The notes beneath the pieces were generated by a model, which had not been told where the DNA came from, did not search any database, and saw nothing but the letters and a program-made list of their open reading frames with translations. From the NCBI GenBank assembly GCA_001179505.1, contig CDMY01000466.1, positions 248,001 through 312,000 of the forward strand: a DNA stretch of 64,000 bases, read 5' to 3'. The stretch comes from Vitrella brassicaformis CCMP3155 (taxonomy: Eukaryota; Protista; Chromerida). Below, piece by piece: positions 24,533-36,747 of the stretch (position 1 is its first letter; every line of letters begins with the position of its first letter). The translations under genes were made by a program, and so were the position numbers.

Positions 24533-27500
24533 ATGCATAAGCGCGGGACGAAAGCCAAGGCGAAGCGGGACTCCCAGACTTCAGGCGATAGACGGTCCAG
24601 AGGTGAGGAAGGCGGCGCTATGGGGCCTATTGATTTTGAGTTGAGCCCCGAACTTCAAGAAGGTGCCGAATTCGAAGAAGCGGTGAGAGGAGCACAACGA
24701 CACAAGCATCGCTGCCGCGGCATGACAAGAGAATATTCATTCATGCCATTTGTGCGTCTTTCAGCTTTCAGGAAGGCATTTCGAGCCGAACAAGGCCGTC
24801 TTACGTCATGGGGGCGGCAAGTCTGGCGGTCCGACTCGGGGCAACGCAGCGAGAGGCGAAGACGCTGCCGGGCCTGCTGAGTCGCAGAAGGAGCTCCGGG
24901 AGCGCGTGGAGGCCGAGCAGATGAATGAGAGGAAGAAGGCCCAGCTGAAGGAGCGCACCAGCATCCGACAACAACTAGGGTGGAAACTCGCAGAGCGACG
25001 TGAGAGGGAGCGAGAAGGTCCATGCGGAGGGGGAGGGGACGGACGTGGCCCAGGCAGCCGAGTCAGGCGACCCGCCGCCGGCACACAGCAGACGAGGGCG
25101 GCGGAGATTGAAGAGATAGAGGAACAGGCCAGCACCCGTCATGACGAGCGGGGTGGGGAGGATGATGACGGTCTGGCGCCGTGTTTTCGCCGGCTCAAGT
25201 TGGACCCCGAATCGCAGGCTGCGACAGCCGACCCCTGCCTCAACTGCTCCCGCCCCCAATCCTTCTCGTTTCCCGGAACCGCCGAGCTGCAGCGATACGT
25301 CTCACTCGACCTGGAGAAGAAAGCCGGGACGTTCTGCAACATGCTGGTCAAGTCATCATGTCTCTTCTGCGCCATCCCGCAGTTGCCCGAGCTCTCCGCA
25401 GAGGACCCGCAGCTCTTTGTACCGGCTTCTGTGCAGCTCAGCGTCTCGGGGCCCAGTGGGGCGCCGAAGGCCTTCAGCGGCACATATCGCCGTGTCGCTG
25501 CTCATCGCTACGTCCAGGACAAGGAGGGTGAGGGCCAGGTGTATGAGCTGAATCGCTATGTTGTCCCTGGACCAGACTGCTTCTATCGCGGCAACGGTGC
25601 ATGGCTGTTGACCAAGGCCGACGGTGCCTGTGCGGGGGGCAACGACACACCGGTCATCGCGTATGGGGCCAGGCAGGTGGGCGGCTTCGCGGGCCCTTCC
25701 ACTCCCGTGATATGCGGCTTGGGGTCAGAAGTGGGGGACAAGTGGTACGTGAGGACAGGCCATGGCCCATCGGCATCCTATGTCCCCGCACAAGACTCCA
25801 CAGCGTACTCCGAGATACCCATCTCATGCGCCCTGCCGGTCGTGCGACAGGAGGGCGGCAAGAATGGGAGGCGGAGGCTGGTGATGGATCGCAGGGTGGT
25901 CATGGTGCGAGACACCTTCAGCTGGCCTGAGGTCGTGGGCGCCATCGTCAGCGAGTTCCTACCAGATGACCGACCACCACATCTCGAGCGGTGTTTCGAG
26001 CCCCTTGTCTGCCTTCATCCCGATGAGCCCCTTTCTGCGCTCAGCAGAGACACCAGCGTGGCGGCCGACATCGTCGAGACCCTCCACTTGGAGTCCATCC
26101 CCGACACCTGGAATGTGCCACTTGGGAGCATCCAGCAGGGCACGGTGCCCCCGTTGCTCGAGTGGCTTAGGCGGGTGGATGCAGAGGACTACGTGCAGAT
26201 GGTGCTGGTGCCGTCTCTTGAGGCCAAGTGCACAGTCTGCCAGACAATGTGAGACAAAAGGGCTCAGAGGCGCACAGAGACTGAGGGAGAGAGGAAGGGA
26301 GGGAGGGAGGGAGGGAGGCCAGGAATTGTGCACGTCCTCATGCGCAATTCTGTGTCTCTGTGTGCAGGCCTTATGGTCGCAATTGGTCGCGGATCCTCCT
26401 GCTTATCGATGCACCAAAGGGGTCGTCACCTGACCAGCCCACTCTGTATATCCGCGGCGCGGACCTCGTGTGTGGCGCGTGTTTCAAGCTTGGCGACGCT
26501 GCCCTTGCCGCCAAACGCGGGGCCGCCGTCGCCACCCCCTCATCCTCCGACGCTTCCTCACCTGTCATCAGAGAGACGCTGCCCCCTCTGGTCGGCAGTC
26601 CAGAGATCCACAACGGCGTCTCCCCCCTGCCCCCTCCCTCGCTGCCGCTGGAGCCGTCGGGTCCTGCCCCTCCGCCCCAGGCGGACGACAAGAAAGGCAA
26701 GAAGAACAAGCGCAGAGGCGGCAAGAAGAACAGGAAGAAGGCCAGGGACGAGGAGCCGCAGGACGGACAGGACCACGATGGGGCGCCCAACCGACAGCTG
26801 CAGACACACCAGCAGCACCCTTCTGCAGTGGCACCCGCTGTCTTCGGCACACCACCGCCTCCCAGGTCGCCCCCGAGGCTGTTTGGCGGCGTGGATGCGG
26901 TGGAGCAGCAGGAGGTGGCAGGGCTGGCGTGGGAGGAGAATGTGCTGCGCAAATTCGGGCCCATGGATGAGGGGACACTTCTGAGCAGGAATGTGCATGT
27001 GAGTGACTGGAGGAGAAATGAGACGCCATGGCTCAGTCTGCATTCATTCTGTGCTGTTGTTCCATTGGTCCACTCAGGTCAACAGCAATCGCATCCGTCG
27101 CAGTCTTCGCAATGTGCGCCAGTCTATTGTGCGCCAGTCTCATGTGCGCAACGAGCCGTCCTCCTCACCCCCATCCCCCTTGGCGTCATCCGGCTCATCC
27201 ACTCCCGCACAGTTCACCTTTGGCGCGCCACCTGCCGCCCCCAATGTGCGTCCCAGAGACGTGCCATCCGTGCCGTTCTTCTCACCTGGCCCCCCGAATG
27301 TTCCGTCCCTGGAGAGGGCCAGGTGGAGGGAGTACGCGGCCGCAGTGGAGGGCAACATGGGAGAGGTGGGGGCCGGTGAGGGGCAGCAGAGGGACAACAG
27401 GGGCCGTGCTGGACACCCGGCAGCCTTCATGGTGAACACCATCCAGCGGCTGGAGAAGACGTGAGTGCAGACGAGGAAGCGCTTTGGCGAATTTGGCTAT

Positions 27501-28495
27501 GGGGCATGGATTGATCGGTGTGCGTGCTGCAGTGTGGCGATGAAGACATCGTTGCAGATCTCTGCTGCTTACACCCTGGCTAAGCGGAACCTTCAAGTGA
27601 TTCACCTGGAATCACAGGTCCGTCTCTCGGACCGGAGGTAAGACGGCCGGCCATGTGCTCACAAGCAAATATCTCCGTTGTGTCCACACCGGCTGCTTTT
27701 AGGGTTGAAGAGCTGGAGAGGAGTTTGTCTGACGTACGCCGGCAGCTGTCGGAAGAAAGGTCAGAGCAATCAAGATGGAACGGCTTTCATTTCACACACA
27801 TATTGCGTGCGTCTCCCCCACATCAACAGGAAGGGGAAGCACCCTGACACCATCAAACGCCGACTTGGGTCTCGACAAATACTAGAGCACGCACACACAT
27901 GCACACAACTAGACATGGATGGCGCATGTGTCTTGCTTGCGTGTGTGCGCGTGAACATGTTTGCCCTCAGGCTGGGCACTGCGGAGCGCATCGACAACCT
28001 CGGCCGCCGGGAGCTGTCCGAATTGCAGAGTGACGTCGTGGCATCGATGCGCGACCTCAGCAGGCTCGATGCCGCAATCACCAAACGAAAGAAAGAGGTC
28101 GACTGGTAAAAGACGAGGACCACACACAGTGACACGGGCTGACACGCATCGACCTCCTGAATGAGTGCCTGCCTGCCTGCCCGCTTGTGTCTCCTTCCTC
28201 CCCCAGGTCATCAACCTGGGGTGCACACGATCCGCTGAGTAGCTTTGTCGTTGAAGCGCCTGGTGGCGCACCGGAGGGTCCCAACCAGGACGCTTCACCC
28301 GCTTCACCAGCCGCTGCGTCTGCGCCCGAGGAGACCTGCCCGTCCTCCCCGTCCCCTTCTGCCCTCGATCTGCATGCGCCGTGGTTCACCAGCGTCCGGC
28401 GTGTGTTCAAGAAGCAGCAGGAGGAGGCCAAAGATAAAGGGGGGAACGGTGAGGCAGGCAAGAGAGCGGGAGGAAGGGCCGCGAGCGGGACATGA
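24533..28495 (+). CDS. Hypothetical multi-exon protein (charged N-terminus, CxxC...CxxC pair, low-complexity middle, C-terminal coiled coil)
   Basis: Exon 1 (24533-24682) splices in frame to a 1.5-kb exon from 24765. CTVC (near 26228) and CGAC (near 26470) lie on either side of an intron. Coiled coil RVEELERSLSDVRRQLSEER..LSELQSDVVASMRDLSRLDAAITKRKKE. Last exon ends RAASGT* at 28495. No recognised family. Confidence 0.65.
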
Positions 28496-28772
28496 TGGGT
28501 CGATGGATGGAAATTTTGATTGCAGCAGTGGACACGCATGTATGTTGGTTGATACGGGTGAGATGGCTGGATCGACAGAGGTGTCTCTGGCCGAATGAAT
28601 GAGTGGGTGGATGGGCGGGTGGGTGCGTGGCTGGCTGGCCCTCGATGGGTGGACAAATGCAGAAAAGAAATGACCTCTGATGGAATGGACGGATGCAAAA
28701 ACGGGAGAGCACAGCCACACGAGATTGATCAACAGAGAGACACAGAGACACAGGGGCACAGAGGCACAGTCT

Positions 28773-29258
28773 TCACACGTACAGAAGCCGCTCCGGCTTC
28801 TTTGTGTCCTCAGAAGACGATGGCTCCCTCACTTCCTTCATCTGTCTTGCCGAATCGTCGACCTCAAACACCCTGTCCAACGGGCCTTTCAGGATGGCGG
28901 AGAATACGTTCTTGTTTGTGTGCTGCTCAGGCAGATCATGACGTGACCTTGTCGGCAGGGGGGACTTCCCGATGGTGTGGTGTCGGGGGAGGGGAGGATG
29001 ATTGGACTGCTTGCGATGTGCAGCGGGGCGAAACGAGGGCATGCCGATGTGGTTGCTTGTGTGGTTGGCCACTCTGTCGACCCTGCTCTGCAGCTCGATG
29101 AAGCTGCAGTGCACCCGATGAAACGAAGAGAACAAGACGGTGGTGGTGAGCATGTCATACGCCGTGAACGTCATTGCGGTCGCCCACTTTGCTTCGTGGG
29201 ACGCGAGCATGACGATCGAGGTCAGAAGTATGTGACAGTCCAGCAGTGCAAATCGCAT
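28773..29258 (-). CDS. Possible small single-exon ORF (161 aa) head-to-head with DYNC2H1
   Basis: Open frame MRFALLDCHILLTSIVMLASHEAKWATA... with a hydrophobic N-terminus in a microsatellite-free stretch. No recognisable homology, so it may be non-coding. Confidence 0.25.
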   Translation of the reverse strand: MRFALLDCHILLTSIVMLASHEAKWATAMTFTAYDMLTTTVLFSSFHRVHCSFIELQSRVDRVANHTSNHIGMPSFRPAAHRKQSNHPPLPRHHTIGKSPLPTRSRHDLPEQHTNKNVFSAILKGPLDRVFEVDDSARQMKEVREPSSSEDTKKPERLLYV

Positions 29259-29376
29259 GCTGAAGACAGGAAAGGGATGGAAGTGGGTATGGAAGCGATG
29301 ACGGGATGCAGGGATGGCGGTATGGTATAAGTGGCCGGACTCCGAAAGACCACCGAAAGAGGGTTCTGAAGGGTGC

Positions 29377-29391
29377 AGGGTTTGAAACCCT
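29377..29391. promoter_or_regulatory. Palindromic AGGGTTT-G-AAACCCT element upstream of DYNC2H1
   Basis: 7-bp inverted arms about 100 nt 5' of ATG 29494. The identical 17-mer GCAGGGTTTGAAACCCT recurs at 63764-63780. Confidence 0.4.
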
Positions 29392-29493
29392 ACCGGCCAC
29401 CCGGTTCTCTCCACGCATTCCCAACAAGAGCTTAGAAGAGGATTATGTGGCGCTCGTAGCATAGCTGATCTTGTTAAAGTTGTAGATCTGTCG

Positions 29494-32400
29494 ATGGATG
29501 AGTCAGTATCGTCGTCACGGGATGCGGCACCGCAGCAGCGAGATGCGCGCAAGGAGTACGTCGTCCAGGTCATCATCAGCGTGCTGAACATCCCCCGCCA
29601 GCAATTCCGCAGCAATGACGCCAGCAACAAGGCCCTCGAGACCTTCCTCGACGACCCATCTCTCCGGGTGCTGCAGGCCTTCGAGGCCGACAAGGTGGCT
29701 GGCGGGGCCCGCAAGGTGCAGATGGCGACTTCCCTGGAGCACTACCAGAGCGAGGCCAACGAGATGCACTTCATCAAGGCCAACTTCGACCCCCTCACCA
29801 TCGACAACATCGCATCCTGCCTCATCGTATCCACTCTCCGAGCCGACCCTCTGAGGGCCCTCTCCTCCTCACTGCAGGAGGTCTACGTCCCCCTCCTGCT
29901 TGGCAAGTCCAAGTGGGCCGAGCGGCTGGAGAGCAACCTGGGCGGCCTGGTCCACGAGCTGTCGGCCGGGCTCACCACGTGCCTCAGGAAGGGCACCGGG
30001 AGGGTGGCTGGGACGCCCGACGACTTCTCGGGCGTCCTGACACCGCTCGACGAGATCCGTTTCTGGATGGACTACGGCCAGTCGTCAGCGGCAGACGCAA
30101 GCAAGATCTCCGACGCCCTCTCGCCCCTCGCCAGCCACTTCGAGAAGGACCTGCGTGAGCTGACCTTCGCGCAGCTGTCGGACCTGATGGACACGGTGAT
30201 GGAGGCACTGGATCAGATATGGCAGCTGCCCACGGGCGGGGCGAGGGTCGAGTACAGCGAGGACCGCATGCGACACTTCCTCGATGTGCTGGCCGGGGCG
30301 TTCGGCCGCTGCGTGCAGTCCAAGCTCGGCAAATACGACGTCTGGAGCGCTCTCAGGGGAGGCAAGGAGGACGGGACAGGGACGGCCAGCCAGGACTTCG
30401 CCAAGGAGCAGGCGCAGATCACAGTGCAGCTGCGGGATGGCCATCGTGTGTGCGACAAGTGGAATGAGACCGCCATGGACCTGACGAGCAGTCTTTGGAA
30501 GGGCGGGGCGGGCAAGGGCCGCGTATGGCGGGGGAAGCCCTATCGCAATGACATGCTGTCGCGGCTCGCTGAGCGCATCCAGGCCATCCAGGACCTCCGC
30601 AGCCAGCACGAGCAGATCCTGCAGCTGGGCGAAAAGGACGAGGTGCAGAAGGTGCCCAACCTGGCGCCGCGGTTCGAGCCCTTCAGGGGCATGGCGGCCT
30701 TCTCGTGCAACGACTACACCAAACCACTCTGGGAGGCAACATTGAAGGTAAATGCGGGCGATGGGGCACGGGCGCCGAGCCGAACGTACATGTGTTATGT
30801 GTTCATGTGTCGTCTTTCATTCTCAGGATTATGAGATGGCGATGCAGCCGTTGGAGCAGCGTGTGGCCGTCCGGCTGAGGCGCGAGCTCTTTGGCAGCGG
30901 CGAGGCGATGGCGGACCCCGCGCAGTCGGTGCGTCAGTTCCTGCGGTTCCAGAGCTTGCTGGAGCGCCCCAACATCCGGAACGCCCTCACCAACGAGCGC
31001 GAGAGGCTGCTGGCAAAGATCAGCGACCTCATGGAGCGCATCCGCAACGACATCGATGCCCCCGACGACATCAAACTACCACCTGTCCGCACGCAAACAC
31101 AACGACTGAATGAGATGTGGAATGCATGGCATCGTGTGTGTGTGTGTGTGTGTGTGTAGGCTCCTGGTATGTCATTGGGTGTCCGTCGTAGCATCTGGTG
31201 TGAGCAGCTGCGGTCCCGCGTGGAGACGCTCATCAGGCCCCTGCAGACAGCAGCGCTCAAGGACCTCCCAAACGCAAGCAGGGTACGTCTGCATACGATG
31301 CGGATCCAACATAAAGCTACCCACATTGATGGGCGTTTTGTGTGTATGCGTCGCGCCTGCCTGCCTCTCTGGGTGCAGGTGTTGTCTGACGGCCGCAGCC
31401 TGCGTCAGAGTCTGAAGGAGGTGCGGACGTCGGCCTTCAAGGAGTGGACTGAGGAGGTGCAGGGGCGGCTCGCTGACACGTCATCACCCGTGGCCCTCGA
31501 AACACACGGCAAGGTACACAGAAAAGAACAAACGTCCTCAAGCAACATACATACACATGGGATGTGTTGTGTGGGCTGGCTGGCTCTGGTTGTGTGCAGG
31601 TGATGGACTTCGATGCCTCACAGCGCGGCGCGCTGCGTGTGCACTATCCCGAGCGGCTGGTGGTGCTGCTGCGGGAGACCCGCCACTTCACACAGATGGG
31701 CTTCGCCGTTCCGAAGGCCATCAAACAAGCCGTCGATGAGGGCAACCAATTCTTCCGGTACATACGCAGGAAACAAGAGGGCGGACACACTCGTGTCTGC
31801 TCGCTGCCATGCCATGCGTGGTGATTCCTGGGTGCAGGTTTGCGGTTCAACTGAAGCAGGTGGCGTACTTCTACAACCACCTGAGTGGCGACATCCTGCC
31901 CTGCCAGAAGCCCATGGTGCTCCAGCCGGCACTCGCCTTCGAGCAGCTGTTCGCCGACAAGGCCGCCGGAGGACACGGCAAGGCGGGAGGCGACGCCAGC
32001 CTGCGGCGGGTCGTGTGGTCAAATGTCACCGAGCTGGAGGACTTCACCAAACGGGTGGGTGGGTGAGAAGGCAGCAGAGAAAGAAGTCACAAATGATGCG
32101 GTGCGGCGCAGGTTGTCACCTCTGTGTGTGTCGTTTGCTTGTGTGTCAGGTCAAGGTGGGGGCGGAGAAGCTGAGCAGCCTCAACAAACGCCTCCGGACC
32201 ACACACAGCCAGGTCGTTGAGTGGATTCTACTCACACACAAAAGAACCCTCCGCTCCGTGCTGTGTGTGGGTGCAGATCGCCAGCCAAGTAGCTGAGTTG
32301 GGCGGCATCAGTTTGCTGCGGCAGCGTGACGTGTGGAAGACTCGCCTGGCCCAGATACTCAAGGTCATCGACGAGACCGCCGCCGTCTGCAACTGCCAGG

Positions 32401-35400
32401 TGAACGATGACGGCTCTGAAGGGCGGATGTCACACACACAGGTGAGTGTCGCACTCTTTGAATGACATTGGTCAGCCCGAGGACGTGTTGCCGTGGAAGG
32501 CCCACTGGGACCATCAGATATTCAAAGCCATGGAGGTCAGCCACATACTGCAGTGGATCCACTGCAGTGCACCACCACCATCATCCCTCTATGTGTCCAC
32601 CGTGTGCAGATTCAGTATGCCTTTGGCCTGGAGAGCCTCAACGAACAGATATCTGAGATCAAAGCCGAGCTCACATACTCATCCAAACAGCTACAGGTAC
32701 GTGGGCATCAATCAAGGCAGACAGAGAGCAACAAACACACGACTGACATCTGCCCCATCTGCCTGTGTGTCGACTCGACAGTTGCGTCCGCCTCTCGAGG
32801 AGCTGAGGGCGTCGTATTACAAGGAGATCCGTAGCTTCATGGGTCTTCCTTTGACCTTCAAGGGCCTGGAGGGTGCCCCCCACATCTTCAGGACCATACC
32901 CGATCGCAACCTGCAGGGCCTCCAGGCCGTATTCGACAAGGGAGAACAACTCCTCGAAAAAGGTCAGGGAGGGAGTGGGTGACGCAGGGGAACGCACTCA
33001 CTCATGGAGTGTCTACCTCTCTCTCTCTCTCTCTCTGGGTGTGTGTGTGTGTGTGTGTGGCGGTTCCTTCATTCAGTCGGCGCATTGCAGCACGAGCTGA
33101 TGGATTGGATGGTGGTAGGCGGCGTGGCCGATATCGAGGCGTTTGTCGAGGAGCGCGTGCAGAGCGTGGCCGACTTCGACGCGAACCTAAAGACCATCAA
33201 GGTGACCTGGCCTGCCAACACACAAACACACACTGCGCACACGCGGTGCTCCTTTCCACTCGTTTGGTTCCTTTAGTCGAAACGCAAGGAGATCGAGAAG
33301 GTGCCCGACGCCATCAAGATCGACTGCGTGACCGTGTCGACGATCCTGTTCAAGTCGGTGTTCGAGCAGCACCTCGACCGGCTCACCGACGCCCTGCTGC
33401 TGTCCATCAAGCGCCAGACCAGCAAGGACATCAGGGCCGTCATGCAGTACGTCGACGAGGCCCTCGACAAACTCAATGTCAGACCCGGGACCGTCACGGA
33501 GCTCGGCAAAGCACAGGTCATATCAGAGAGGGAGAGGGGAGTGCATGTTGATTGATATCATTGTGTGTGGATGCGATGCAGAGTGAGGCCTTGGCATTGG
33601 CCAACAAGCAGCATGAGTACCGCGCCATCCTGGACAGCATTGAGGAGAAGAACCGGGTGTTGCGGACGGCCTCGGCGGGACTCGACCTCACAGACCTCCA
33701 GGCCAAGTGGGAAGAATTCCAGGTGAGTCGGTTGGTGGATGACACACAGGAGGGATACCAAAGCGACGGGTGCACTTCAGCCATTCTCCTTTTGTCGGAC
33801 CGCAGGTGCGTCTAGATGCGTTTGGTTCGTTTGCGAGTGAGCTGCGCAACGAGCTCAAGGACAAGATGGACTCGCGCAGGAAGGCCATCATACTCGAAAT
33901 CGAGAAATTCGCATCAAGGTCGGTCACATAAAACACACACGCATGCACGCAGACACACACGGGGCAGAAGGTCTATTTGTGTGCCTCGTGCGTGTGTGGG
34001 TGGATGTCTGCAGATGGAAGGCGTTGAAGCCCAAGACAGCGGAGCATCTGTCGCTTGACGAGGCGCGCAAGAATGCCGACAAGATGAAGGAGTGGCGCAA
34101 GGAGTGGGAGGTCAGCCAACAATCTATCCGCCGCCCAATGGCCGGCACAATCTATGTGCTCTCTTGCCTCCGTGTCTGTCTGTCTGTCTGTCTGTGTGTG
34201 GTCAGGGCTTGCAAGAGGGCGTCCAACAGCTGTATGCCGACTGCGAGCACTTCAGTCTGCCCAGGCTAGAACTCGCCGGCTACCAGGAAGTCGAGAATGA
34301 CCTCACCAAAACGGTCAGACAGACGAATACGTGAAGACAACACCACACCATGCTCTGGATGCATGTGTGTGTGTCGCCATGGCTCTCTCTGCGTCAGGAG
34401 CGTTTCTGGTCGCTGTTTGAGAGCTTTGCGAGCGGCCTTGAGGAGATGACCTCTCAGATGTGGCTCGAGTTCCGACCCACCCTGCACAAACTGCAGGTAG
34501 GTAACCATCCGTCCCCGCCTCCATCCATCCATCCATTGGATTGCATCAGGACTTCTGCAATGAGTGGCAAGAGACCCTCCGTAGCATGGAGCGGGACCCC
34601 ATCACGGCCCTCCTCTCTGCCCAGATCGCCCTCATCCGGGAGGCCCACCCCATCCTCAAGGGCATCACGGGCGAAGCCTTCGAGAAAGACCACTGGAAGA
34701 TCCTCTTCGGCCTGCTGGGCTTCCCCAAGGACGTCACCCTGGAGAACCTCAAGTTCAAGCACTTCATGGACAGACTCAGCACCGTCGTGGAGAAAGGCGA
34801 GCAGCTCAAGGAGCTGGCGGCTCGTGCCCTGGGCGAGGTCGTCATCCGGGATGCACTCCTGGAACTCACGGCCTGGATCGACCAGGTAGGGATGACTGAC
34901 TGACTGCACCGATGGGAGGGGTGCACGGATGGGAGGGGCTGCCGTGGGGAGGCTGCCAATGGCTCTCACCTGGTTGGTGTACAGGCTGAGTTGTCGCTGG
35001 TGGACCACGGTGCGTCTGACGGTGCCATGGTGCCTTTGGTCAAGGACTGGAAGGACCTGCTGACCGCTGTGGCCGACAACCAGGCCATGCTCTCCTCACT
35101 CAAGGAGTCAAGATGGTTCCCACCATTCAAAGACCAGGTCCCTACACACACACCAGCAGCACTAAGAGTAGATGGCCACACGCCATCGACGCATACACAT
35201 GATTGATCCCCGCGTCTTGTCTGTCGTTCAGGTCCAGCGGTACGAGGAGAAGTTTGCCTCCCTCGACGAGATATTGCATCTGCTCAACAAGATACAGCGC
35301 AAGTGGGTGCACCTGGAGCCCATCTTCGGCAGGGGCGCCATGCCGCGCGAGACAGACAGGTTCGAGCGCGTCAACCAGGAGTACCGCAGACTCATGCGCA

Positions 35401-36716
35401 ACATTGGCGCAGCCAAGCGCGTCAACCACCTCACCACCATCGTCGGGCTCAAGGTAACTCCGTGTCGCGAGGAACAACACAACCGCCGGGGCATTTACGC
35501 CTCCCTCCCCTGTTGTTTGGTCGTTCAGGACACGTTAGCATCGATGGTCGACCAGCTGGAGCGGTGCCAGCGCGCTTTGAACGAGTTCCTGGAGCAGAAG
35601 CGTACGGCCTTCCCGCGGTTCTACTTCATCGGCGACGACGACCTGCTGGAGATCCTGGGGCAGTCGGCCAACCCTGCCGTCATCCAGTCCCACCTCAAGA
35701 AGCTCTTCGCCGGCATCAACCGGGTGTCGTTCAACGATGGCGAGCAGGGCGGCCAGGGCAAGGCCATCCTCACCATGCGGTCCAGCATGCAGGAGGAGGT
35801 GCCGCTCATCGTCCCGGTCCCGGTGGACGGCCCTGTGGAGCACTGGATGAGCGACTTGGCCAACCAGATGCAGACCACGCTGGCAGTGAGCCTCACGCAG
35901 GCCGTGCAGGAGTTTAGCAAGAGCAGCGAGCTCAACATCTTCAAGTTCTCATCGCAGGTGTGAGCGGAAAAACAGCAGAGAATGCTGTCATGTCACGTTC
36001 ATGGTGGTCCGTCGTCCCTCCCTGCGTGCAGATTACGTGTCTGGCGTGGAGCATCCTCTTCTGCCGTGACGTGGAGAGGTCGCTGGCGTCGGCCGGAGCA
36101 CAGGGCATCGTGACGCTCAAGCAGAAGCTGCAAGGCCAGCTGCAGGCCCTCACCAGCCACCCCAAGGGGGACCTCCTGCAGCAGGTCGGCACACACGCAC
36201 ACAGACACGGGATGGATGCTTTGACGAATGAATCGGCCGCTCCATCTGTTGTGTGTGTGCAGGCCAACCTGAAGTCGCTTATCCTTGACGTGATCCACCA
36301 CATCGACGTGCTCGACCAGCTGCAGGAGTCTCGCACGGCGAGGGTCTCCGACTGGTACTGGTACAAGCAGCTGCGGTTCTACCTGCAGGACGACAAGGCC
36401 GGCGGCGGGGGGCAGACGAGACGCACCTGTTTCGGCAAGATGCTCGAGTCGCAGCAGATGTACACGTTCGAGTACCAGGGGAGCCCCCTTCGGCTGGTGC
36501 ACACCCCCCTGACCGACAAGTGCTACCTCACCCTCATGCACGGCATGCACCTGGGCTATGGCGGCAACCCCTACGGACCTGCAGGCACCGGCAAGACAGA
36601 GAGCGTCAAGGCACTCGGGGCAGCACTGGGCAGACAGGTGAGTGACTGAGGGGGGGAGTGGGGTATGGGACGGGATTGGTGGGCTGGTTCATCCTCTCTC
36701 TCTCTCGCCCTCTCTG

Positions 36717-36747
<31 letters not shown>

